Shown here piece by piece: positions 46,630 through 57,179 of a DNA stretch of 64,000 bases (position 1 is the first letter of the stretch; each line of letters starts with the position of its first letter). The stretch covers positions 2,131 to 66,130 of the forward strand of contig JAHKLN010000011.1 in assembly GCA_020854755.1 (NCBI GenBank). Direction: 5' to 3'. Made by a program: the position numbers and the translations under genes. This DNA is from Methanomicrobiaceae archaeon. Its GTDB lineage: Archaea; Halobacteriota; Methanomicrobia; Methanomicrobiales; Methanoculleaceae. The notes under the pieces were generated by a model, which had not been told where the DNA came from, ran no database searches, and saw nothing but the letters and a program-made list of their open reading frames with translations.

Positions 46630-47849
46630 GGCAGGATCGTGATCGTCTGGTCTTCTGCAAACCCGGGCGGCGACTGCGAGAAGTCCACCGGGTTGCTGTC
46701 CACGCCGTCCACCCGTACCCGGACGACATACTCCCCGGGCTCGAGGTCGCTTGCACGCACCTGGAGGATCGTGGGCTTCCCTTCATCGGGGGGGGTTGTG
46801 ACGGCCTGGATCTCCGTCTCGCGATCCCCGAGGAGCACCATGACCCGCTGCCCCTCCCGCACCCGGGGAGCGCACTCCAGGGTGAGGAGGAGGTCGCCGC
46901 TGTCCGCCTGAACCGGCGTGATCCCCGATGCGCGGGGGGCGAGGGCAAAGGAGACCTCGTTCGTTGTCCTGGCGGGAAGATCCGGCGCCCGGAGGCGAAG
47001 GGCCAGGGTATAGAACCCTGCCGGCCAGCGTTCGAGCGCAAGGGGGTCCGTGCCGGTATCCGGGATCCTCAAGAAGAGGGTACCGGGCTGATTTCCCGGG
47101 AGAGGCGCGAGCGTATGCGCTTCCCGAAGAAGGGGCGATCGGATCTCCGCCGTGAGCCCTTCGCCGTCCAGATGCTCTCCCGAAACAACCAGATCGCCAC
47201 CGAGCTCCACCCCGAACGCGCCGTTTTTGGGGGCAGCTCCCCGGAGGGCGGGCGTGCCGGTGGGCAGGAGGAAGACGCCCCTGCCGTCCCGGCCGAGCTT
47301 CAGCACCGGCAGCGGCATCTTCGCAGGCCGGTCGCTCTCTATCAGGACGACGTGTACCTGGTATGCCGCGGAGATGCGGTACTGCGTCTGGAACGCGGTC
47401 CAGAGCCGGGAGATCTCGTCCAGAGACAGGGACAGGGGCGTGATGCGCACCCGCTCCGCCTGCTCGTGCAGGTCGGCGCCCGTCACGGCATGCCGGAGCC
47501 TGCCCGGGCTCAGGGAGGGGGTGTCGTGCAGGATCCGCATGGCGTGGCCCAGGAGCTGGTGGGCCATCAGATCGTCGTTGTCCCTGCCGTATGCCGTGAT
47601 CAGGTAATGGAGGTCGAGGGCTAGGGGAGGGTGTCCCCCCTCTCCCGGCAGGGCCATGTTCCGCCATGCGGCGTTGATCCCTGTCTGGTAGAGGAAGATA
47701 TTCACCTGGTTTGCACTGTTGCTGCCCCGTGCCTTGTCCGGCGGCTGGACCGTGACGATCGTGTCCGCCAGGGACGGATCCGCTGCGACCTCCATCAGGA
47801 GGCCCTGCAGGGCGGCGGTCACCGCCGCAATGGAACGGAAATTGCTCAT
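46626..47849 (-). CDS. DUF4255 / Pvc16-Afp16-like tail cap (terminator) protein
   Basis: MSNFRSIAAVTAALQGLLMEV...VNIFLYQTGINAAWRN is the DUF4255-type N-terminus. ATGA overlaps at both ends. Confidence 0.85.
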   Translation of the reverse strand: MSNFRSIAAVTAALQGLLMEVAADPSLADTIVTVQPPDKARGSNSANQVNIFLYQTGINAAWRNMALPGEGGHPPLALDLHYLITAYGRDNDDLMAHQLLGHAMRILHDTPSLSPGRLRHAVTGADLHEQAERVRITPLSLSLDEISRLWTAFQTQYRISAAYQVHVVLIESDRPAKMPLPVLKLGRDGRGVFLLPTGTPALRGAAPKNGAFGVELGGDLVVSGEHLDGEGLTAEIRSPLLREAHTLAPLPGNQPGTLFLRIPDTGTDPLALERWPAGFYTLALRLRAPDLPARTTNEVSFALAPRASGITPVQADSGDLLLTLECAPRVREGQRVMVLLGDRETEIQAVTTPPDEGKPTILQVRASDLEPGEYVVRVRVDGVDSNPVDFSQSPPGFAEDQTITILP

Positions 47850-48841
47850 CTTCGCATCTCTCCATCGCGTCTCTTCAGGTACTCGTCGAGACGGGTGGCC
47901 TCGTGTGCGTCCCGCTCCCGCCGCTGGACGGCAGGAGGCTGCACGGCCCGCACCTCGATCCTGCCGATGGTCACCTGGACGGCGGGCGGCTGCTGCGCCA
48001 TCCCGCCGTCCTCCGGGTATCCGCCAACACTGCCGGAACGCTCCCTCGGACGCACGTTTCTGCCGGGTATGGGCCTCAGTTCCCCGTTCTGCCGCACCTT
48101 TGGCCTGTGCCCGGCAGCCCCGGGAACGCGTATCGGATCGGGCTCTGCTGCCCCCGAAGGTCGGCGGAGTGGTTTGCCCGGATCCTGCTCGTATCTCATC
48201 GTCTCCAGAGGGATATCCGTTCCCGGTGCGGGGGTATGCGGACGCCCGGGGATCTCCTCCCCCCGGGATGGTGGCGGAACGGGGATGCCGGCCGGCGTCT
48301 TCCCATCGGCTGCGGACCGGACGGGAGACTGGGCCGGGGGAGGGATCTCATCCGGCGCAGCCGCCCGGGGAAGCCCCCTGTCCGGGTCGCTCTCTTCAGC
48401 GGCAGGCGGCCTGCGAGGCGTGCTGCCGATCTCCTCCGGTATATCTGCATTCTCCCCGCCGGGGGCGCGATCTCTGGCCGGTCCGGGTGGTCTCCCCGCA
48501 GGGTGCATCTCTTCGGCTCGCTTCCCCGTGCGGGTGTTTATCTCTTCTCTTCCCCGTGCGGGTGTCCGGGCGACGGCGGCGGGAGGGTGGTGTCTGGGCG
48601 GCGCGGGCCGCTGTACCGCCGTCTCGGGAGCGGAGGAGGTCTCCTGGGGGTCTTCTCCGCCTCCTCTCTTTATCCGCGGCCTCTCACCGGTATGCGGCAG
48701 CATGCCGGGGGGCATCTCCTCCTCGGCTTCGCCCCGGTGCACTTCACGCGCCGCGGGTTCAAAAAACGAAGGCAGGCGCGGGTAGACCGCCCCTGCCCTG
48801 CCGGAATGCCGGGCAATCAGTGCATGAATAAATCCGCTCAT
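47846..48841 (-). CDS. Pro/Arg/Gly-rich low-complexity protein in the tape-measure (Afp14) position
   Basis: Start at ATG 48841, a 1-nt overlap with the upstream stop. Ordered-looking ends MSGFIHALIARHSG... and ...VQVTIGRIEVRAVQPP...LDEYLKRR flank ~250 aa of P/R/G/E-rich sequence. Confidence 0.6.
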   Translation of the reverse strand: MSGFIHALIARHSGRAGAVYPRLPSFFEPAAREVHRGEAEEEMPPGMLPHTGERPRIKRGGGEDPQETSSAPETAVQRPAPPRHHPPAAVARTPARGREEINTRTGKRAEEMHPAGRPPGPARDRAPGGENADIPEEIGSTPRRPPAAEESDPDRGLPRAAAPDEIPPPAQSPVRSAADGKTPAGIPVPPPSRGEEIPGRPHTPAPGTDIPLETMRYEQDPGKPLRRPSGAAEPDPIRVPGAAGHRPKVRQNGELRPIPGRNVRPRERSGSVGGYPEDGGMAQQPPAVQVTIGRIEVRAVQPPAVQRRERDAHEATRLDEYLKRRDGEMRR

Positions 48842-49563
48842 CAGTCGACCAGCTCCAGGTATCTCTCCCGCCTCCAGGCGCTCATGGCCAGTATCTCGGT
48901 TTCGGACCACCCGTACGCAGAGGCAAGGATGTGCACTTCATGCAGGGTACGCCTCGCAAGGGACGCCACCTCCGCCCAGAGATACGAGACGATATCGAAG
49001 GCCGCCTGCCATTCGTAGGTGCACGAGCAACACGTCAGAACGAGCGTGATATCCGCCTGCGGGTCTGCCTCCCTCATCTCCTCGCCGACGGCGTCGACGA
49101 TGCCCGGAGGCAGGTGCGAGACGGCAACCGGCTCCCCGGCAAGACAGGACCGCACCACGCATCGATGAAGGAGCGAAGCCTCGGGGTCCTGGGCATCGAA
49201 AACCGCCAGGAGATCGCCGGCTGTCGGCAGACGGAACTCTACCGTATACCCGTCCCGGATCAGCGAGAGCCTGCCGTCCGCGGGTGGCGCTGCCTCGATC
49301 CGCACGTCCCCGGCTAGAAACGCGAGCTCCAGCTCTTCGCCGCATGCGGGGCAGGCCGTACGGGCGGCAAATCCCGGGCCGAAGATCGCTTCACGGAGGT
49401 CAAGGAGCAGCCGGTCCCGCTCGCCGATGCTCATGCACGCCAGATCGCCCGGGCTGGTATGGGGATATGCTGCGGCAAGAAGCGCAAGCGCACGTTCGGC
49501 AGGCGGCCGATTCTGCCCCCGCTCCCATACCCCGAGCACATCTGCTGCGGTAAGGCCCTGCAT
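48841..49563 (-). CDS. conserved hypothetical with two Cys pairs (zinc-ribbon-like), Afp6 position
   Basis: Start at ATG 49563 (MQGLTAADVLGVWERGQ...). Contains CPACGEELE and CCSCTYEW. Confidence 0.65.
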   Translation of the reverse strand: MQGLTAADVLGVWERGQNRPPAERALALLAAAYPHTSPGDLACMSIGERDRLLLDLREAIFGPGFAARTACPACGEELELAFLAGDVRIEAAPPADGRLSLIRDGYTVEFRLPTAGDLLAVFDAQDPEASLLHRCVVRSCLAGEPVAVSHLPPGIVDAVGEEMREADPQADITLVLTCCSCTYEWQAAFDIVSYLWAEVASLARRTLHEVHILASAYGWSETEILAMSAWRRERYLELVD

Positions 49564-49568
49564 AACCT

Positions 49569-50096
49569 CTAGCCGGGCGGTTCGGTGAAGGTGGGCTCGG
49601 TCGGTTCGGTCACCGCATAATCGCGCTCCCAGCCCTCGTTCTCCAGTTTCAACGTCTGGATTGCGACTGCATTGGCATTGGCGTCCAGGTCGGGAATGGC
49701 CTGGTACTCCGAGACCCAGCACCGGTATACTTTATACGCGATCGCAAGCTGCCCTGCCTCGTTGTATATCTCGATGATGATATCCTTGCGGAAATCCTTC
49801 AGCGAGACCTCGGAGCCGAGGCCGGAGCCGTAGTTCCAGACCTTGTTTGCCCATTGCTCAAACTCGACGTCATGGGTGACGCCCCGTTCAAGGGTGATCG
49901 GCTCATACTTCGTCCGGCCCGGCGATTTTCTCGAGGAGGAGGGATCTCCCCCTTCCCGGTGCTCCACCACCTCGGTGGTCCGCTTGAGCGCACCGATCTT
50001 CGATACTCCCGCAACGTACCGGCCGTCCCATTTCACGCGAAACTTGAAGTTCTTATAGGGATCGAACCTCTGCGGATTGACGCTGAAATTGACCAT
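49569..50096 (-). CDS. contractile-tail tube protein (T4 gp19-like)
   Basis: MVNFSVNPQRFDPYKNFKFRVKWDGRYVAGVSKIGALKRTTEVVEHREGGDPSSSRKSPGRTKYEPITLERGVTHD. GGAGG lies 10 nt upstream. Confidence 0.95.
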   Translation of the reverse strand: MVNFSVNPQRFDPYKNFKFRVKWDGRYVAGVSKIGALKRTTEVVEHREGGDPSSSRKSPGRTKYEPITLERGVTHDVEFEQWANKVWNYGSGLGSEVSLKDFRKDIIIEIYNEAGQLAIAYKVYRCWVSEYQAIPDLDANANAVAIQTLKLENEGWERDYAVTEPTEPTFTEPPG

Positions 50097-50109
50097 ACTG
50101 ACTCGCCTC

Positions 50110-51723
<1,614 letters not shown>

Positions 51724-52504
51724 CAATTTTCTCCTTTCTTTTTAGTAGTTCAGACCTCGAATATGCAGGGGTCTTCCTGAATCGCCATCCTGGCGGCAGA
51801 TATCGGGACGGCCGCGGCGCTGTCCACGGCATCGGATCAAAAAGAGCATGGCAGGTGCCTGATCGAACAGCACAACGCCTCCGGAGCTCGATAGTACATG
51901 CGGTGACCCGGGTAAGACCGGTTCATCTCCTCTGCCATCGGTTGTGCATGTACGATGCCCCCCGTCCATGTCCGCGGCGGTAAGGAGTGGTTGGGTTAAA
52001 CCCGCGTCTTCTGGCTGTACAATCAACGCAATGTCCGTTTCCCCTGTGTTAATCAATACTGCGATTATACCGCAGGCGTCCACACTCCAATCTCCGGCAG
52101 ATGAAATCGCCGGACAACCCCGGAACCCTGTCGTTGAATGCCCGATCGGTCTGTTTCGGCGTGGATCCCTACACACATCACTATACAGTGCCCTTAAAAA
52201 AACCTTTTGGTTATCAGAAATACCGCTGATATCCTGAATTACTCTTTGCACAAAAATTTCTCCGCACCCTCTCTCCGGGCGCCCGTTCAGGAGGCAGTCA
52301 TGCCGGAAGGGATCAGAGTCCCTGACCGGGCCGATGTGAACCCCCGGTGCGACCTCTGCCCGGGAGGTGGCGGATCAACCGGGGAAAATGCCGCGATCTC
52401 CTCAAACACGCCGGTGTAACCCGAACAGTGAGAACAGGCGTACCCCCCGGGGGCATCGGTGGACGGATCGTATCCGGCGGATTTGGATGTGCCGGATAGG
52501 TGAG

Positions 52505-53045
52505 ATGAATGTGGATAATGGACCCGCCAGAGCAATCCTCCAGAGGGACGGCACGCCATATGCAATCGCGCCGGGAACCCCGCAGGGATCGTCATCCCGG
52601 AGCATCCGGAGAGCATCATGAAGGTCTTCAGGCGCTACGGCATTCCCGTTATCGGGATGACGTTGGGGCAGCGGATGGTGCTCGCGGGCATCAGGGAAGA
52701 GGACGTCGAGAGCATCTGGACGGAACCCGGGATGACCGTGGGCCAGGCGGCCGCACCCTGCGTCCACTACGTCCGGGCATGCTCCGGGACGGTGACCGCA
52801 GACATGGCACGCAGGACTTGCCGGGCCTCGGGCTCGGGGTCGAGGAACTGTACCCGGGCATGAACCTGCCGGCAGAGGCCAAGATGGAGATCCCGGGATG
52901 CTCCCGCTGCTGTGGCGAGCGCTACCTCAGGGATATCGGGGTCGTCGGGAGCGCGAAAGGCTGGACGGTCCTCTTCGGGGGCGACTCCGGCGGATGCCCC
53001 CGGATCGGCGATACCGCCGCCAGAGATATCATAAAACGCCCATGA
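52505..53045 (+). pseudogene. small nitrite/sulfite-reductase-like (Dsr-LP-like) gene with at least two frameshifts, 3' end abutting a repeat element
   Basis: Three frames join as MNVDNGPARAILQRDGTPYAIAPGTPQG / IVIPEHPESIMKVFRRYGIPVIGMTLGQRMVLAGIREEDVESIWTEPGMTVGQAAAPCVHYVRACSGT / ...GTQDLPGLGLGVEELYPGMNLPAEAKMEIPGCSRCCGERYLRDIGVVGSAKGWTVLFGGDSGGCPRIGD. The family call comes from motif resemblance only. Confidence 0.45.
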
Positions 53046-53311
53046 AGCCCGCGAGCGGGCTCCAGGTTCAACTGATAAAACACACATGAGGAGCTGCATC
53101 AGGCTTAACACACGAAAACGACAGGTTGTAAGGTTCCAGCCCGGTATCGGCTACGAGGAGAGTACCTCGGGTATCGGGAGGTTTTTCATGGAAAAATTCT
53201 AGAGCCTCCATCGATACCCGGGCCCGGTTTTCTCTGACTGTCCCGGTGGAGTGGACCGGGGAGGGGGAGACCCCCTCCCCTGCGAGGATAGCCGGTGAGA
53301 TGCCGTATCCG
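53031..53311 (+). repeat. copy of a short dispersed intergenic repeat
   Basis: The 19-mer ATAAAACGCCCATGAAGCC is identical at 27569..27587 and 53031..53049. Both copies continue to a GGGGAG...CTCCCC G/C hairpin and a G(T/C)GAGGAT(G/A)GCCGGTG(G/A)GA(A/T)GCCGTAT block. Confidence 0.6.
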
Positions 53312-53434
53312 GGACGCAAAGAATAGGGCGGCAGGAACCTTCCATTTTAGAAATCGGCTTTATCTTCATGTGAAAGAGCAGGTCCTCTATCCGGGCCGCC
53401 GCCTCCTCGAGCACCATCAGGATAACGCTCAGAC

Positions 53435-54383
53435 CGGGCTCGATGCCATCAGAAAGGACGTCCTGGCCTTCGTCCCCGGTATCCCGCTTGATGCAGCCCG
53501 CTCCGGGCAGAGATCCTTCCGCGAGCCTCCTTGTCTCCCGGGGGCAGGATTAAGTGGGGGCATGCCATACTTCCGGACGGTGCAGTATGCTGCGGATAAA
53601 ACGGATTTACGACGAACCTTCCGGGGACGATGGCCTCCGGATCCTCGTCGACCGGCTCTGGCCGAGAGGCGTCTCGAAGGAGAAGGCGAAGATCGACCGG
53701 TGGGAGAAGGAGATCGCGCCGAGCCACGAGCTGCGGCGCTGGTTCGGGCACGATCCGGCGAAGTGGGAGGAGTTTCTGCGGCGGTACCGGGCCGAACTCA
53801 GGGACAGGGAAGACCTGCTCGACCGCCTCCGTCAGGAGGAGAGCGAAGGGACCGTCACGCTCCTCTACGCCGCCCGGGATGGAGAGCACAGCAACGCCGC
53901 GGCGCTGGTGCGGTTTATCAGAGGGGATTAGGCTGCACGCCGGCGGTCATCGACCCTTTCATCCGTCTTTTGGGCGATGGACGGGATGGGAGGTCAGGTC
54001 GGGATATGGACGAGGGCATTTCTCCGCCGCACCGGGAGAAACCCTCCGGCGGCAACCGTAGCAGGCAGCGCTCTTTTGCAGGGTTTTTGCATGAAACCAC
54101 ATGATGCCGCGGGGGCGCAGGCACCAGAACGAAGGTGGGTGATGCTGCTCACCACCCGTTTTCATGTAAAACCGCGTATGAAGCCCCCCGGGGAGGGGCT
54201 GCAGGCTCAATCGATTAAAATTCCTGACGCTGCACCGATACGCACTGTCCTGTTTTCGCAGACTATACCGGGACAGTGGACCGAGGGGGACATCCCAACG
54301 AGGGGTGGGACCGAGGAGGGGGTCTCCCCCTCCCCGTCCGCCCCTCCCCCGGATGAAGTGTCGGTGGGAAGCCGTGTACGGGG
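53435..54383 (+). repeat. direct-repeat copy B (full-length; carries the intact DUF488 gene)
   Basis: See copy A (27196..27755). The offset between copies is 26239 bp at the left edge. Confidence 0.75.
53587..53931 (+). CDS. DUF488-family protein
   Basis: Start at ATG 53587. [63 protein letters not shown]...VTLLYAARD. Confidence 0.85.
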   Translation: MLRIKRIYDEPSGDDGLRILVDRLWPRGVSKEKAKIDRWEKEIAPSHELRRWFGHDPAKWEEFLRRYRAELRDREDLLDRLRQEESEGTVTLLYAARDGEHSNAAALVRFIRGD

Positions 54384-54691
54384 TCAACTGATTTGAGCGG
54401 CGAGAGGCTTCCATTTACAGATGCCGGCTTAATTTTCCTGTGAAACTGCTCATGAAGCCCCCCGGATTGGGCATAGGCGCACCGGATAAAAATTCTTGAG
54501 CTGATATCGATACCCCGGAGCATCGCGGATTCTGTAGTTCCTGGATCTCGCGGGCCACCGGAACGTAACTATCGAGAAAACGGCTCCAAAATATCGGCAC
54601 AGAACTCAGGGATCTTCATGGCTGTGCTTGTGCCGCTCGGCAACACACTGTTCATATGGCGCCGCGGACATCTCCGCTGCGTTCATATCAG

Positions 54692-54700
54692 TTTTAAATA
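54692..54700 (+). promoter_or_regulatory. TATA-box-like element (TTTTAAATA) upstream of kaiC
   Basis: Ends 36 nt before ATG 54737. Confidence 0.4.
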
Positions 54701-54736
54701 CCTATTAGATCCTACAGGTATTCACCGTTGATTTAT

Positions 54737-56494
54737 ATGCACCTTATAGAACAACCGGGGGGATCGGCCCGCGTCGAGCTGCAAAAGAGCCCGACCGGGA
54801 TTCAGGGCCTGGATGAGATCACGCTCGGCGGCCTGCCGAGAGGGCGCACGACGCTTGTGGTCGGCAAGGCGGGATCCGGCAAGACCCTGCTCGGGATGGA
54901 GTTTTTAGTCCGCGGCGCGCTGGAGTTCGGGGAACCCGGCGTCTTCTTCTCGTTTGAGGAGACGGCCGGGGATCTCACCCAGAATGTCGCATCCCTCGGC
55001 TATGACCTGAACGATCTCCGGGAGAGAAACCTGCTCTCGATCGATCATGTGGAGGTATCCCGGAGCGATATCGTCGAGACGGGGGAGTACGATCTCGAGG
55101 CGCTCTTCATCCGGCTCGGCTACGCCATCGACTCCGTCGGCGCACAAAGGGTCGTCCTGGATACCATCGAGTCGCTCTTCTCCGGCTTTGCGGATACCGC
55201 CATCCTCCGCGCCGAACTCCGGCGGCTCTTCTTCTGGCTGAAGGAGAGAGGCGTCACCGCCGTCGTCACCGGGGAGAGCGGTGAGGCGACCATGACCCGC
55301 CATGGCCTGGAGGAGTACATCTCCGACTGCGTGATCCTCCTGGATCACCGGGTCGACGAGCAGATCTCCACCCGCCGCCTCCGGGTGGTGAAGTACCGCG
55401 GGTCGGTCCATGGCACCAACGAATATCCCTTCTTAATCGACGAGAACGGGATCTCCGTGCTGCCGATCACCTCCGCCGGGCTGACGCATACCGTCAGCCG
55501 GGACCGCATCTCAAGCGGCGTCGATCGCCTCGACGCCATGCTTGAAGGAGAGGGGTTCTACCGCGGCAGCACGATCATGATTGCCGGGACGCCCGGCACC
55601 GGCAAGACCAGTTTCGGGGCGAGTTTCGGGGACGCTGCCTGCCTCCGGGGCGAGAAATGCCTCTACTTCGCCTTTGAGGAGTCGCCGGACCAGATCGTCC
55701 GGAACATGCAGTCCATCGGGATCGATCTGGCGCCCCATATCACCGCCGGCCTGCTTGAGATTCACGCCTCCCGGCCGACCATGTACGGCCTGGAGATGCA
55801 CCTTGTCCTGATGCTCAAGCAGATCCAGGAGCGGCAGCCCGATGTGGTGGTGATCGATCCCCTGACCGATCTTATCTCAATCGGTACGTCCAGAGACGTC
55901 AAGGTCATGCTCACGCGGCTCGTTGACTTCCTGAAGACGGACGGGATCACCGTGCTCTTCACCTACCTTGCCCACACGCGGGAGGCGGTAGCCCCCTCGG
56001 ACTTTGTCGTCTCCTCGCTCATCGATACCCTGATCCAGCTGCAGGATATCGAGTCTGCCGGCGAACGCAACCGCGGGCTGTACGTGCTGAAATCGCGGGG
56101 CATGGGGCATTCCAACCAGATCCGCGAGTACCGGATCACCGATGGCGGCATCGAACTCGCCAACATCTACGCCGGGCCCGCCGGGATGTTCTTTGGCACC
56201 TCCCGGTTCGTGCAGGAGGCGAAGGAGGAGGCAGAGCGCGAAGCGCGGGAGGAGGAGATCGCATACCAGCAGCGCGAGCTCGAGCGGAAGCGGAGCGTCA
56301 TGGAGGCCCGGATCGCCGCCCTGCGCAACGAGTTCGCCTCGCACGAGGAGCAAGTCCGGAGGCTGATCAAGGCGGAGGGCGCCCGGCAGGATGCGGTGAA
56401 AGCAGACACCCGGGCAATCCGGAAACTGCGAAAGGCCGATGAACCCGGGGAGAGCATGATCCGATCAACCGGAAGTACCGGGGAGGAGCAATGA
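54737..56494 (+). CDS. kaiC: KaiC-family double RecA-domain ATPase with charged coiled-coil C-terminal extension
   Basis: ATG 54737; the track start 54728 is a [19 protein letters not shown], Walker A GKAGSGKT (domain 1) and GTPGTGKT (domain 2). The tail is [26 protein letters not shown]... Confidence 0.9.
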   Translation: MHLIEQPGGSARVELQKSPTGIQGLDEITLGGLPRGRTTLVVGKAGSGKTLLGMEFLVRGALEFGEPGVFFSFEETAGDLTQNVASLGYDLNDLRERNLLSIDHVEVSRSDIVETGEYDLEALFIRLGYAIDSVGAQRVVLDTIESLFSGFADTAILRAELRRLFFWLKERGVTAVVTGESGEATMTRHGLEEYISDCVILLDHRVDEQISTRRLRVVKYRGSVHGTNEYPFLIDENGISVLPITSAGLTHTVSRDRISSGVDRLDAMLEGEGFYRGSTIMIAGTPGTGKTSFGASFGDAACLRGEKCLYFAFEESPDQIVRNMQSIGIDLAPHITAGLLEIHASRPTMYGLEMHLVLMLKQIQERQPDVVVIDPLTDLISIGTSRDVKVMLTRLVDFLKTDGITVLFTYLAHTREAVAPSDFVVSSLIDTLIQLQDIESAGERNRGLYVLKSRGMGHSNQIREYRITDGGIELANIYAGPAGMFFGTSRFVQEAKEEAEREAREEEIAYQQRELERKRSVMEARIAALRNEFASHEEQVRRLIKAEGARQDAVKADTRAIRKLRKADEPGESMIRSTGSTGEEQ

Positions 56495-56805
56495 CCGATA
56501 CGGAGGAGACCGCCCTGGAGGAGAACGGCGATGTCTGGATCCTGCGGCTCTACGTCGCCGGGCAGACCCCGAAATCGCTCGCGGCGTTCGCCAACTTAAA
56601 GCAGCTCTGCGAGGAGCACCTTGCCGGGAAGTACCGGATCGAGGTGATCGATCTCCTGGAGCACCCGCAGCTCGCCAAAGGCGATCAGATCTTTGCCGTC
56701 CCCACGCTCGTCCGGCGGCTTCCGCCGCCGCTGCGCAAGATCATCGGCGACCTCTCGAACACGGAGAAGGTCCTCGTCGGCCTGGATATACGGCCGGGGG
56801 GCTGA
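56491..56805 (+). CDS. kaiB: KaiB-like thioredoxin-fold protein
   Basis: [47 protein letters not shown]...[23 protein letters not shown] overlap with kaiC. Confidence 0.85.
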   Translation: MTDTEETALEENGDVWILRLYVAGQTPKSLAAFANLKQLCEEHLAGKYRIEVIDLLEHPQLAKGDQIFAVPTLVRRLPPPLRKIIGDLSNTEKVLVGLDIRPGG

Positions 56806-56809
56806 GCGC

Positions 56810-57160
56810 ATGGCTGATGAGAGAGAGCAGGAGCGGCGCTCGGCGGCGGAAAAGTTCGAGCAGGCGCTTGAGGGACGGGCGGATACCCGCTACATCCTCC
56901 GGCTCTACGTTGCCGGCATGACGCCCCGGTCGCAGCGGGCGATCGAGAATGTCAAGGCGATCTGCGAGACGCATCTTTCCGGGCGCTACGACCTTGAGGT
57001 GATCGATGTCTACCAGCAGCCCGAACGGGCGGGGGAAGCCCAGGTCGTGGCCGCGCCGACGCTCATCAAGCAGCTGCCGCTGCCGCTCCAGAGGCTGATC
57101 GGGGATATGTCTGATAAGGATCGCGTCCTGGTCGGGCTCGGCATCCAGAAGAAGGAGTAA
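56810..57160 (+). CDS. kaiB: KaiB-like protein, second paralog
   Basis: Start at ATG 56810. [45 protein letters not shown]...PTLIKQLPLPLQRLIGDMS. Confidence 0.85.
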   Translation: MADEREQERRSAAEKFEQALEGRADTRYILRLYVAGMTPRSQRAIENVKAICETHLSGRYDLEVIDVYQQPERAGEAQVVAAPTLIKQLPLPLQRLIGDMSDKDRVLVGLGIQKKE

Positions 57161-57179
57161 CGCTGCCGGGAGATCCAGC

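Noticed and set aside
51742-52251. 169-aa GTG-initiated ORF immediately upstream of the sheath gene
   Set aside because: It has a non-ATG start without an RBS, and the second half is Arg/Gly-rich and not protein-like. No family resemblance. The region is treated as non-coding in the separate finding on the sheath-upstream region.
52300-52419. 39-aa ORF with a good GGAGG RBS (MPEGIRVPDRADVNPRCDLCPGG...) upstream of the decayed reductase-like gene
   Set aside because: It is too short and has no recognisable family. It may be another fragment of the decayed gene region, and the evidence is insufficient to call it a gene.
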